From NCBI RefSeq assembly GCF_006345805.1, contig NC_043012.1, positions 34,906,001 through 34,970,000 on the forward strand: a DNA stretch of 64,000 nucleotides. Direction: 5' to 3'. Shown here one piece after another: positions 26,031 through 39,596 of this stretch (the stretch's first letter is position 1; each line of letters starts with the position of its first letter). Source of the DNA: Octopus sinensis. Taxonomy: Eukaryota. Below the pieces are notes generated by a model. It searched no databases. It had not been told where the DNA came from and saw only the letters and a list, made by a program, of their open reading frames with translations. Made by a program: the position numbers and the translations under genes.

Positions 26031-27063
26031 TTAATATATATATATATTAAATATATATATTAATATATATATATATATATTAAATATATATATTAATATA
26101 ATAAATGTTAATTTAAGGGTAAATATGTAACCGTAAATATCTTGCAACCTTGCAACTGCTGCGATAATTATTAACTGGTAATTGAATGGTAAAAGTGTGT
26201 TTTTATATTCCTTGGACCTGACGCCTCATTGTTTTTTGTCAAGAGTTTCACCCCCAGCCGTTCTTTACGTCAGTCAACACATACACTGACACACCATTCT
26301 GCTGTGGTGGTCGTAAAGACGGAAAGTTGTCGGTGCATGATGTTGTTCACATTAGGATGTGAATTATTCATTTGTTTCAAATATAATAGAAATAAGATGA
26401 TGTTAATGTTATCACTTTAGAATTAAAATTGAAAGAATGAAAGGGAAACAATATTCTCCTTTGTCCACTCTTATCAGCCTCACTTTGTTCAACACCAATA
26501 AAAAATTTCATCCCTTTCCATGAAAAGGTTCTGCCTGAAACCCACGACAACTCTTCTTCCTCACGAAATAAAACATATTCCACCGTTTGAATTAAATGAA
26601 ATATATTTTAAAACAAGCCAACTAATATTGTGGCAGTATTAGTAATGTTAGTGGTGATGATAGTTGGTGTTGGTGATGGTGGTGGTGGTATTATGTAGAG
26701 GTAGGCGTGCATAGGGGTTGTGGTGGTAGTTGAGAAGAAAATGGTAGCTGAAGTATAAGAATTGTAGCCTACAAGTCTATTTTCTGTGATGTAGAGGTAT
26801 TTACATCAGGATTTGTCATGCATGGAATGAACCGAGAAGAAAGAGTATGATGGATGAGAATTTAAGATTGAAAATAGTTAAGAGTTGATTTCATTAAAGA
26901 AGACTGGAAAAGTTGTTTGATTGAGTAGAGTGAATGAATGGTTGGAATTGGGTAAAGGTTACCAGAAATCTGGCCAATATCAGATCAGACATGAAAAATG
27001 AAAAATTCAAGTGTCTCCTTCTTTCCACTTTCTGTTACACACACACACACATGTGCACACACA

Positions 27064-27128
<65 letters not shown>

Positions 27129-27610
27129 TTGCTTCCTTCATATTAATTTCCGGATATGATGAATCAGCAAGAATTTATTGATGATGCCAGTAAAATCAAA
27201 ACGGTGAGAGCCAGCTTCCCACATTCTTTTACCTTTTGTATTTCTATCCCATGCTAAAACAAGTCAGATTCTTCTGCAAATTCAAACACTGCCATGACAT
27301 TCTGGAGTGTTCTATAAATCGTCTCCAACATCACCAACTGCTGGAGAGGAAGCAATATCTTAGTTTTATGTTGGTTGACTCCCTACATATGAAGTCACTG
27401 TTTCATCCCAAAATACATTTCTTTTATCTTGTTGTTAACTTCCCTGTTATCAACTTCATAAATTACTGCTGACGTTAGTATCACCAGCACAACCGTAATG
27501 GACTTAAAACTTCAAGTGTAAACTTGAAAGTTATTCAGTTTAATTATAAATTAGGAATCAAGAATTAACAAACTATAATTGATCATTAGAAGTACATGTA
27601 AATCCATACC

Positions 27611-27983
27611 TATTTCTATTTCTTTATTAACCACAAGGGGCTAAACATAGAGGGGACAAACAAGTACAGACAAATGGATTAAGTTGATTACATCGACCCC
27701 AGTGTGTAACTGGTATTTAATTTATCGACCATGAGCGGCGGACAAAATACCTATTTCTTTACTATCCACAAGGGGCTAAACACAGAGAGGATGAACAAGG
27801 ACAGAGAAACACTTTAAGTCGATTATATCGACCCTAGTGCATAACTGACACTTAATTTATCAACCCCGAAAGGATGAAAGGTAAAGTCGACCGTGGCAGA
27901 ATTTGAACTCAGAATGCAGCAGCGGACAAAATACCACAAAGCATTTTGCCCGATGTGCTAAGATTCTGCCAGCTCGCTGCCTT
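27611..27983 (-). mobile_element. SINE family B head-to-tail dimer (nested)
   Basis: Outer TSD gtaaatccatacc (27598-27610 and 27984-27996). The internal junction aaatacc|tatttc is at 27751/27752. Confidence 0.85.
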
Positions 27984-28058
27984 GTAAATCCATACCAAAG
28001 AAGGATGATATTGAAATATGCAATGATATGAAAGACAGTAATAATGAGGCTGCTCTCT

Positions 28059-28096
<38 letters not shown>

Positions 28097-31000
28097 ATCC
28101 AAATTTACACCTCCTTTATCCTTCAGCATCAATTACACTGTATCGTATAGAAGCTAGACATGTTACTCTACATGCCTCAATGTACATATATGTTCAACTA
28201 TTCCCATTTCACAGTCGAGTGACACGGCCCTCAAAAGTATATCTTCTCATCAAAGGAAGGAAAAAATTACCAAATTATCTTTATTTTTGGAGCTGCATAA
28301 CTAATTTAAAATTCATTTAAAGCCATTAAAAATTTCATTCCTCTCATTGAAACTTTCAAAAATAAAACTTCCCAAATGCCCCTTGGTTGTAGCTTTGTTA
28401 GTTGTTCAAACTTATATGAATTGTGTGGTGTATATTAGTTTAATGATCTCTACTATCAGGTTTCAAATGCTGTAAATTATTGGGAGGCAAAAGGTTGTAT
28501 GGAAGAAACAGCATCGACAATAACATCTGTTTAGTAGACTTTTGGAGTGATCTAATATATTACCTGACAATCCAACTAGGTTGCACTAGTTTGTCTTTGA
28601 CATTCTCTTCTTACATAAAAGGAACTGTTAATGTGCTTTTTCTCTTTCTTTTTCAGAAGTTTTGAGAAAATTCAAAATTGAGCTTCATTGAAGCATGGAA
28701 TGTAGTGAAATCATATAGAAATTCTTAATAGAACTTACAGAAGTTTGCAACATGAGATTTCCATAAGAATATCTCAGAAATGTTACTTTAGGATATTAAT
28801 AAAGCATTAGTCTATAGCAATGATATATTATTTCAACATTTCAGAGAGTTTTCTAATTACCAGGAGTATTGTATGATATATGGCACTTCGAAAAAGGTAA
28901 GTGGACCATAAAACATTTCTCACCAGAAAAAGCAATGAAGGAATCAGCTGTTGGCATTTGCTGGAAATTAAGAAAATGAAGGGAGTAAAGTTCCTTGAAA
29001 GTAAAAACATAAATAAAAAGTAATAAAGATTAATTATGCAAACCTACTCAGTTTTCCTAATTACTGATACGATGTAAATATATTTCAATATCTGATGGTG
29101 ACAACATGATCAGACGTGTGGTATAGGCTTGAGTTTGGTGAGTTAATCATGTTTTAAGTTAACAGCAGCAACAGGCCATATACAACACATTCAACTGTTG
29201 TCACTCACCATGGGAATATCTAATTTATTTTACTAAAGTTTAACTCTAACACGAAGGCGATACGCTTTTCCATTAAATAGATGTGTATTGTTGCATGATA
29301 ACAAATGATTAAAAAAGGCAGTATTTAATTCAATTGTTGTTATTTCTAGATAGTATTGATAATCATTGATTAAGTTGATCTACGTCACTAGAATAGCCAA
29401 CTAATTGATAAGTGGTAACAGTGGCATAGCTAATGGTAGAGCTAATGGTGAGGGACTGCTACCCACAAGAACATTTTTCAAAACTGGTGTCTTTTCAACA
29501 ATTTTTGTAACTCTTTATAGTTCACTTGTGCAATAAAAGTCCAATCTCTTTTTTGTTTTTTTGCTAATTATATGTGATCGTTACCAGCGTCGCCTTACTG
29601 GCACACGAGCCCCGTGCTAGTAGAGTATTAAGAGCACCATCCGAGCGTCATCTTCTTTGGTCATGGAGATGAAGGTCTCTTCCATTGTGATGACTACTGC
29701 TTCATAGGATCATATTTGCAGATCTAGCTCTCATTTTTTTATATTATTGTTTTACATATTTTACACCCAACTGGCAAATGATGGGCTTTTCCTTCCAGTG
29801 TTTCCTTGCTAATCTGGTACAAATATTTGCTTCTGCCAGATAATTGAATGATTATAGAGCCAAATTTCATGGAATAAGTTTAGCCATTCATAAATATCTT
29901 CTATAGTTAGTTAAACAGTTCTTTCCATATTGATTTGCTATGCTGCTAAATATTTAGACCTATTATATTTAGACCTATTATACTGTTTTCCAGGATTTAG
30001 TGCTACTGAATTTCATTCCTTACACAATTTATTCTTGTGTTCAATTGATATCCCTTCTGAGACCACAGACTCTTTTATTAGAGAAAGTTAGATTCCAGAA
30101 GCATGAATTTACAAGCCAATAATATTTCTGATCATTGCTTGCCAATATTCTTATGAAAAGCGTTCTTATTATAACTTAAACATAGGCAGCTTTCTAATGA
30201 TCAATTTGTTAATCATGTCTTTCATGGGCAAAGTGTTATTTTAAAAGTTAAGATGAAGTTGATAGTTGACTTAATTGCTCCCTGTACTTGACTGGTTCCA
30301 CTTTATATTTTACATCCTGAAAGAATAAACAACTTAGGTAGTACTGGTGGGATTTGAACTCATAACTTATGTAAATACTACAAAGCATTTTATATATCAC
30401 TCTACTGTTTCCACCACCATGCAAAGAAAGTTGTAAAACGATCTCATTCTTTTTGTGATTTACAGCTTCTAAAGAAAAAAAGAAGACACTTAAGTAATTT
30501 CATATCTGACCCCGACTGTTTTAAAAGTTCTCTTAAACTATTAACATAAACCCTCAGAGAAAAACTTTACACTACTAAAATATATGAAAGATTATAGATA
30601 TTGATATAGTTTTAATTTTAGTTTTCAGCTGAGACTTAACTGACAAAAGAGAAGAACTGAAAGTTTGTTTGGAAGAGAAAAAAACATTTAAAAAATCCTT
30701 TCCTACTGTGTTGATGATTTATTCCTGAGATATTAGGTTGATGGGAAGAGGTTTACCACAAAGAATAACAGATAAATAGACAACTTTTGTATGGTTATTT
30801 GTCAATGTTATGTTGCTACATTATACACTTTGTTCCAGCATTCATTACAACAGATCATTGTTAGACACAGTAGCTTTCATTTAATGTTCATTTGTATCAG
30901 CCAATAGGGACGAACAGACATTTATTTTCTTTTTAAACCTCTTGTTGAGGAATGAATAGACCGCAGATATTTTCATCTTGACAACAGGTGTTTTACATCT

Positions 31001-31517
31001 GGATGTCCTTTCTAACCAATAACTCTATCTTAAAGAATTCCTATTTTCCAGAGAAAAGAAATTAGGACATGTATGTGTCATTCATAAAAAGATGACACGC
31101 CATAAAATTTGTATCAGAGCTGAAAGTCATGGCCTTTGACATGTATGTATGTTATTTCATCAACTATTACATATTTTAATTTGGAAATAATGAAAACAAA
31201 ATAAAACATTGACAACATTCCTCACTAAATATTATTGGAATGGTTTAGACTACATATATAATAATATCACTCTAGAATTCTATGATCCATTTTCTTTCAT
31301 ACAGTTTTTTTTCCCAAATCAAGATTTCAGATTCTTGCTTAATTTTTATGTTGTAGTAAATAAAGAGGATTAAAATTCATTTGTGCATCAGATTCCTGAA
31401 GTTTAACGATGTCATATGTCTAAAACAATTGTATGAATATGAAGTGGAAACATGAAAATGAAGTTTTAATTCTTCATAAGGTATTTATTGTTTACAAGAT
31501 GGACATCAAACACAGAA

Positions 31518-31930
31518 TCATCATCATCATCGTTTAACATCCGCTTTCCATGCTAGAATGGGTTGGATGGTTTTGACTGAGGGCTGGCGAACCAGATGGC
31601 TGCACCAGGCTCTAGTCTGATCTGGCAGAGGTTCTACAGCTGGATGCCCTTCCTAACACCAACCACTCCGAGAGTGTAGTGGGTGCTTTTACGTGCCACC
31701 GGCACAGGGGCCACTCAGGCGATACTGGCAACCACCTCGCTCGAATCCTTTTACACATATCAATGGCACAGGTGCCAGCAAGGCAATGTTGGTAACGATC
31801 ATGCTCAAATGGTGCCTCCTACATGCCACTGGCACAGAAGTCAGTTAGCCGCTCTGGCAACGATCACATTCGGATGGTACTCTTAGCACCCTACTAGCAC
31901 GGGGCACAAGTGCCAGTAAGGCGAAGCTGA
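31518..31930 (-). mobile_element. Retroposon family C
   Basis: (CAT)n-cgtttaac start on the + strand and the same body. Confidence 0.85.
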
Positions 31931-33204
31931 CATAACAAAAAAAAAAAGAAAAGAATTATAGTGCTTATCCCAGATAGTTCTTCCCATTTGCCAGTTCAAA
32001 CAGCTGGTTGATGAAAGGCTGCTGTCTATGTTGTTCAAATTCCTACAGTTGGTCACTCATTGTTTTTGACTATTTTTGTCCTCAACCACTATGATTGCAT
32101 CACAGAACTCAAACACTCTTGCTTCCTTCTCATTTCTATAGCTACAGCTGCAGTCTCTATGTATAACTATTGAACCCAACAAGTCTACTGAAGACAAGTT
32201 CATTATTCACTGTCATTTGTCATCTATGGTTCTGTAGAATCAGTTCTTCTGTCCGTATGCCAATCCAAGCTGGGGAACATAGACAGAGATAAATGTCATA
32301 GTTGTATTTTCCAAGACTTGCCAAGGCTTAACTCTTCGATCACACACAATAACACTCACTTTATTGACCCTTTTCTGTCAAAAGTATGTCCACAGCCACC
32401 ACAACATCATATGTATATATATATTATCATCATTGTTTAACATCCATCTACCATGCATGCAGTTGACAGGAGCCAGCCAAGTAGAAGACTACTCCAGGCT
32501 ACTGTGTCTGTTTTGGCAAGGTTTTTACAGCTGGATGATGCTAACACCAACCACTCTGCAGAGTGAACTCGGTGCTTTTTACATGGCACTAGCACAGGTG
32601 AGATCAAGTTTGGCATGATTTTTACAGCTGTCAAACACACACATGTATATATATATATATATATATATACATGTGAATTGTTGGGGATTTTTTTTCTTCT
32701 TTTTTCCCTCAGTTTATTGGACTTTCCTGTCTCCTGTTTCTGAAGAGGTTTGCTCAAAATGTAAAACCATCTTTCTTTCCTTCCCTGGGCATCTGCTAAT
32801 TCTTTACATGTACTACGTCCTCACGTTGTTGCTTTTTATATTTGTTCTTCGCTTTTTTTGGATTTACTACATATATATTTACTACTACTACTATTAATTT
32901 TTTTACAATAATCATATCTTAAATATAGCCATGAAACACGTGTCGTTATTCTATCAAATATATACGTTTTTATTATTATTTTGCAATTTACTTAATCATC
33001 GGTATATTATTGTTATTTTAATTTTAATATTTCTATTATATGTAACTTTCTAGATGGTGTAATTTAATTGTCCATTTTGAATTGATAAAAGGTGTTTTTT
33101 CTAATTTTTATATATATATATATATATATGTTATATTTTGTGAAATTTGATTTAGTATTTCTAAATTGAATTTTTCCCTGTAAGTTAGGAATAATAATCC
33201 CTCA

Positions 33205-33250
<46 letters not shown>

Positions 33251-33526
33251 CATATATACATACACACACACACACATATATATTATCTTTATCTTTTAGT
33301 TGTTTCAGTTATTGAACGACGGCCATGCTGGGGCACTCTCTAAAAGGACTGAGTCAAACAAATTGCACCCAGAACTTACATTTCTTTTAAAGTTTGGTAT
33401 TTATCCTTTTAGACTCTTTAATTGAACAGCTAAGTAACAGGAATGTATACAAACCAACACTGGTCGTCAAGTGATGGTGGGGGACAAACACACACACACA
33501 CACACACACATACACATATATATATA

Positions 33527-33569
<43 letters not shown>

Positions 33570-33574
<5 letters not shown>

Positions 33575-33950
33575 CTGAAGTTGTCTGTGTATGGCAGGTT
33601 TGGTAGCCTTCAACTAACACTATTTCCTCCAAGACTCTGTGGCACAAGTTGACCAAAATTGAGAGTATGATAGAAGAAGGCTTGCTCTTCCTTCTGTAGA
33701 AGAAAAAAATCAAATCGGACCATGTTAACACCAAAAATTACTTATATCAAAAAGGTGCTTTTTTTTCTATGAAAATCCCTATTTTTTACGATTTTTTGAC
33801 TGCTGTGTTGCCATTTTTCAGTGTATTTCAACCAGAAAAATGTTCACTTAAAGAGAATAACAAGTTACATAATGCAAAATTTTTACTTTTCAAAAATTCC
33901 AATTCTAAAGGGTTGAAACAAACCCGACCAACGCCGGGCGATACTGCTAG
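33570..33950 (+). mobile_element. Non-autonomous Helitron sharing its 3' end with the 10325 element
   Basis: Ends caaacccgaccaacgccgggcgatactgCTAG. The 5' end is lost in a TA tract. Confidence 0.7.
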
Positions 33951-35039
33951 CATATATATATGACAGGCTTCTTTCAGTTTTTGTCAACCAAATCCACTTA
34001 CAAAACTCATGTCAGCCTGAGGCTGCAGTAGAAGATCAGAAGACATTTACCCAGAATTATGGTTGGAAAACAAACATCTCACCACACAGCTCCATCTGCA
34101 TCAAGAATAATAATGATAGCTACTCAGTTCCTATGGTGTATGTGACCAAGATATAGGATTACCCAAAATTTGTAAATCTTCTTGCTCATTTCCTCACATT
34201 CGGTCTTAGGTGATAAATAGAGAACACATTTAGAGTGGAGTGTAGGTATTTGACATCTACTTCTAGCGTATTGATGCTGACATTCCAGTGCCCTTAATTA
34301 TAATTATATTTTTATGATTATATACTTTAAAATACACATACACAAACATACACACACACATACCTATATACATACACATATTACATGCATACATATTTAT
34401 ATGATGCTCACAACACATACATATATTCATGTAGAATGTATGTGTATGCATCCGTGCATATAAAGACATTTTTGAGGTTTCAAATAGACATCTATTGAGA
34501 TTTGACAAATATGTCTGCCGGAGTGTTTCAGCAAATTCAGCTTCCACCGTGAGCTACATAGCTTGAAGACTACAGTGTATGGATGATAGACCACCAAATT
34601 TTTTTATTTTCATATTTATTCATTTTTGTTGTGTTATCTTATGAGGTTAGCTTCATTGAAAATGTCATGATAGCAAGCTTCAATTCAAATGATAAGAATG
34701 CTGAAGAATGGTATGCAAACAAACACATCTTTCATGTAAAGAGAAAATCTAACTTTGATATCTGTCAGGGCAAAAAACATTCTCACTTCTGACATGACAT
34801 ACCCAGCCAAAGCTAAAAGAATTGGTGTTTATGATATTTTTGCTGGAAAAACACAAATATTACTATTATTTTTTTTTCTTTTATTTGTTGTTGTTGTTGT
34901 TGTTTGAAAATAGTGTGACCCCTTTTAGTCCTTTCTTGTAGAACAGCAGTTGTTAAGAAGACCAAACAGACAATGAAATATTGCAGGCGATGAGGAATCT
35001 TATGTGAGAAATGGTAAATGCAATAACTCTATGTGTAAT

Positions 35040-35180
35040 TCTGTTGTGTCTGGGGAGAGTCATTTTCTTTTAGTGCCTTATTATTTAACACACTCACTGG
35101 TAAAATTTCCACTTATTTCTTATTTTTATTTTCCTAAAATTTTCGTTGCATCTTGCAGCCTTTTCAATAGTCTTGACCCT
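35040..35180 (+). repeat. Solo copy of the ~140-bp repeat that forms fold-backs at 39942 and 40696
   Basis: ttgtgtctggggagagtcattttc...gcagccttttcaatagtc. Confidence 0.8.
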
Positions 35181-35534
35181 GTCCGTTATTTACACTGCGT
35201 TCCCTTTTGTTTGTTTGTGCGCATGTGTGTGGGTCAATGTGTGTGTGTGTGTGCATGTAAGTATGTATGTATGTGTGTGTTTGCATGTATATGTATGTAT
35301 ATATGTGTATGTGTATGCATATGTATATGTATATTTGCAAACCAAATCCCCAAACGAAATCTATGTATAATTTATTTTCCTTTACATTTGTACCTTAGGA
35401 TCATAGATTTAACTTCTATGTCTTCTTTTGTATCATTAAATTATTAATATTCAAGCTGGGAGTCACAAACTCTACATGGGGTGGAGTAGAATATAAAATT
35501 TTAAAATATAAGTGCAGGTGTGGCAGTGTGGTAA

Positions 35535-35690
35535 GAAACACAGATACAAAGAGTCACACACACACACACACATACACACAATCACACACTCACACACACA
35601 CACACACACACACTCACACACTCACACACACACACACACACAATCACACACTCACACACACACACACAATCACACACACAATCACACACT

Positions 35691-35721
<31 letters not shown>

Positions 35722-35766
35722 ACACACACACACACACAATCACACACTCACACACAATCACACACT

Positions 35767-35797
<31 letters not shown>

Positions 35798-35816
35798 ACA
35801 CACACGTTCACACACA

Positions 35817-35856
<40 letters not shown>
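35535..35856. repeat. Compound (CA)n/CACAAT/CACACT microsatellite
   Basis: Directly visible. Confidence 0.95.
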
Positions 35857-35857
<1 letters not shown>

Positions 35858-36246
35858 AATGTTCTAAGAGTTGACCAAAAGTACTCCAGAACAAATAACC
35901 CACAATATCAATGTTATAAATCAGACAAAAATTCATTAAAAAAAACTAAATTACAACGAAAACCTATAAAATTTCAGTATTATGTGATGGAAATGAGAAA
36001 ACAAAAAAGAGAAAATTTTAACAGGAATGATGAAAAAAGATATCCCTAAAACATACTTAGAAAAGTTCTCCATAAATGTGGAAAATAATTTCAAGGGTGT
36101 ATGCTATCATTTTTCCAGTTGGCATCTAATTACAAACAGTAAGGCATTATGCATAAATGCAAACAGTATTTTTAGGCCCAAGTATTTTAATGTTCGTTAA
36201 AATTTTTCTAGAATTATTTCCCTATAGATTGTTTTTTGAAACTCAG

Positions 36247-36277
<31 letters not shown>

Positions 36278-36551
36278 TAAATATTCACATACATAAATAT
36301 ATTTATATATAATATATACATAGATATATACATGCAGATACAAACACATGCACATACAGGCATATATATATTAGCAGAAATACCCAGCATTGCCCAGGTT
36401 AAAGAAAATAATGAAATTTAGTTCTCTAACTAACACGAAACATAGACTATGCAGGTCTTACCTCCTAGTAGCTGAGATGCCAACTGTATACGTTAATAAC
36501 CGGGCATTTCCCAGGTTATTGAAAATAATGATATTTAAGTATGCCTTTTAA

Positions 36552-36754
36552 CCCTTTTGTTACTAACTGGCTCTGTGGTAAAATGTCTTGTTTTCATAAG
36601 TTTTGAATTAAAATCTTCCACCAAACCTTAGTGACAATCTACATTCCTAACACTAGGTTAACGATAACTAAGTTATTTTACTAAATTCTTTATTATATTT
36701 AAAATAATTGAAAGAAACACAGAGCATCTCAAAATAAATACAGTAACGAAAGGG
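36552..36754. mobile_element. 203-bp piggyBac-type MITE
   Basis: TTAA|CCCTTTTGTTACT...AGTAACGAAAGGG|TTAA, a 13-bp TIR with 1 mismatch. Confidence 0.88.
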
Positions 36755-36937
36755 TTAAATCTCTAAGTAAAATGAAACATGGATTATGCAGTTCTCAACA
36801 GCTATTAGCTGAGGTACCAACTGTATATGTCAATAACATGTTCTGCCCGATGTTCTCACTGTTAAAATTGTTAAAAAAAGAAGGTAGTTCTTTGCCTTTG
36901 CAATCACCTTCAATAGTCAGGACTTATTTGAAACATG

Positions 36938-37204
36938 TTCATCATCATCATCATTGTTTAACGTCTGTTTTCCATGCTAGCATGGGTTGGAAGATTTTGA
37001 CTGAGGACTGGCGAACCAGATGGCTGCACCAGGCTGCAATCTTGATCTGGCAATGTTCCTACAGCTGGATGCCCTTCCTAATGCCAGCCACTCCGAGAGT
37101 GTAGTGGGTGCTTTTTACATGCCACCAGCATGAGGGCCAGTCAGGCGGCACTGGCAATGACCTCGCTTGAATCTTTTTACACGTGCCACCGGCACAGGTG
37201 CCAG
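36938..37204 (-). mobile_element. Retroposon family C
   Basis: Same body and tail. Confidence 0.85.
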
Positions 37205-37945
37205 TTAAACTTGAAAATGTATAAATTTGAGAAGAACTGCCCTATGGGCTCTCTTCTTCTGTTAATAAATACATTTTACAAAAATTCTATCGGATGACGG
37301 GAGTATAAACAAATGTATTGAAACAAATTCCTAAATCAATCACACTTTAATTATCTAGGGCCTCTAAATATACAATGTTTTCAGCGTGTCCTTTAATTGG
37401 TGTATACATGAAAATTTTGGGGGAACTTCCAACTCATTATTATTATTGTGATTCCATGTTTATTAATTGCAAGCATGTTTATTAATTGCAAGTAAATATC
37501 TATCTCAACATGTGTGTGTGTAATTATAATTGAAATGTTATATGTATGTGTGAGTATGAATTAATGAATGATGCAGCCCATGAAATAATGAATGATCCAA
37601 CCCATGTGACCATGAAATATGAATGTTATAAAAATGCTATAAATTTGTATCAAATTTTGGCACGAGGCTAGAAATCTTAGGGGAGGGACTAAGTTGATTA
37701 CACCAACCCCAGTGCTCAACCAGTACTTATTTTATCAACCTTGAAAGGATGAAAGGCAGAGTCAACCCCACCAGCATTTGAACCCTGAATGTTTAAAGAC
37801 AGATGAAATGTCTTGTATGCTAATGATTCTGCCAGCTCACCACTTTTGAATGTTATATGTTGTGTACTGATGTTGTTACATGAAACCAGGTTGCCCTCTC
37901 TCTTTGAAGGATGTTTTCATATCCCTACTCATGAAAATGGTGTAT

Positions 37946-38395
37946 AAGTGCAGGGGTGGCAGTGTGGTAAGGAGCTTGCTTCCCAACCACATGCTCCCAG
38001 GTTTAGTCCCACAGAGTGACACCTTGGGCAAGTGTCTTCTACTATAGCCTTGGGATGACCGAAGCCATGTGAGTGGATTTAGCAGACGGAAATTGAAAGA
38101 AGCCTGTTGTATATATATATATGTTGTATATATATATATATATATATACACATATATGTGTATATATCTATGTGTGTGTGTGTGTGTGTCTGTGTATGTG
38201 TTTGTCCCCCTATCACCGCTTGACAACTGGTGTTGGTGTGTTTACATCCCTGTAACTTAGCAGTTCAGCAAAAGTGACTGATAAAATAAGTATGAAGCTT
38301 AAGAAATACGTCCTGGGGTCAATTTGTTTGACTAAAACCCTTCAAGGCGATGCTCCAGTATGGCTGCAGTCAAATGACTGAAACAAGAAAAAAGA
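37946..38395 (+). mobile_element. SINE family A (diverged)
   Basis: Head, internal microsatellite and tail are recognisable. Confidence 0.85.
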
Positions 38396-39596
38396 TTAAA
38401 AAAGAAAAGAATCCAACTTAGACAATTTGTGTGAGTGATGAGTGGCAAATCTTATGGATGAGTGAAGAGTGATGTCATCTGAATAAAAGTGTGTATGGTT
38501 AAAAGTGATGATGAGAATATTGTTTAAGTATGAAAATGCGATACACTTTAAACTTGGAGTAAAACAAAAGTTGACAGAATGTAAGTCAAAGAGAGTCTGT
38601 AATTCTATATTCAATCAGAATTTTCATATCTTTGATGTGGAAAAATGAACTGACAAATTTATCAATTTAGTGAGTGACTATTCCTATCATAGATGTGTTT
38701 AGATGTGTGTATATATCAATGTGCGCTCACACTTTCATAAACATGTGTCTGTCTGTCTATCTATTTATATGTCAGTCTGTCTATCTATACATACATATAC
38801 ACACATATCTATATATGTACAAATATATCAAAATATTTACATATAAACTGTAAATCAACACACACACACGCACACCAAATTGGCATATTTGATGGTTGAA
38901 TGTTTATTTCAGGAGGTACCATTTGATATTTCTCTCTCTTCTAGTTGTCTGGTTTATAAGGGGAAAAAAACAACAGAAAATCAGTAAAAATAGAAGGTTA
39001 AGTTTTGGATATTATAAGGTGATTAATGGTAGACAGCTGGTAAAGTGGCACCCTTCACCAAATAATATCTCTTATGACCCTTGATTGCTACATCAGTTAA
39101 TGGGATTCTTTTTGAGAAAGGAGGTGAGAGGAAGAGGGGAGAGACAGGACAAGAGAGGGACAGAAGTGAAGAAAAGCTCAGACTGAAAGACAGACAGAGG
39201 GAAAGACGGAGAAAGAAAAAGAGAGTTGGAGATAATGAGAATGAAAAAGTTAAAATTAAAGAGAAAAATATGTAGAGAGAGAGAGTGAGAGTGAGAGAGA
39301 GAGAGAGAGCAAGAGAGAGAGTGAGAGAGAGAGCAAGAGAGAAAGAGAGAGAGAGGTGATAGAGATCAAATTAGTGAAAACACCAGATAAAACAGAGAGT
39401 AGGAGAGTATGAGGGAGAAGATGAAAAAGAGAAATAACAGATGGAGGAATAAAGTGCAAGAGAAAAAAAGTGAGAGGGAAAGAAAAAAGAAAGAAGCTTA
39501 AGTATTAATGGACCGTGAATATGTGAGTTTCTTGAAGCATTTATCAGTAAATAAAGAAGCAACTATGGAGTTACTCAATGTTTAATGTAGCAGCGT

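Noticed and set aside
38529-38580. + strand exon-like segment YENAIHFKLGVKQKLTE|gtaagt
   Set aside because: It is isolated, I recognised no homology, and I found no phase-compatible partner exons. Similar orphans lie near 14582, 17350, 20870, 27160 and 30466.
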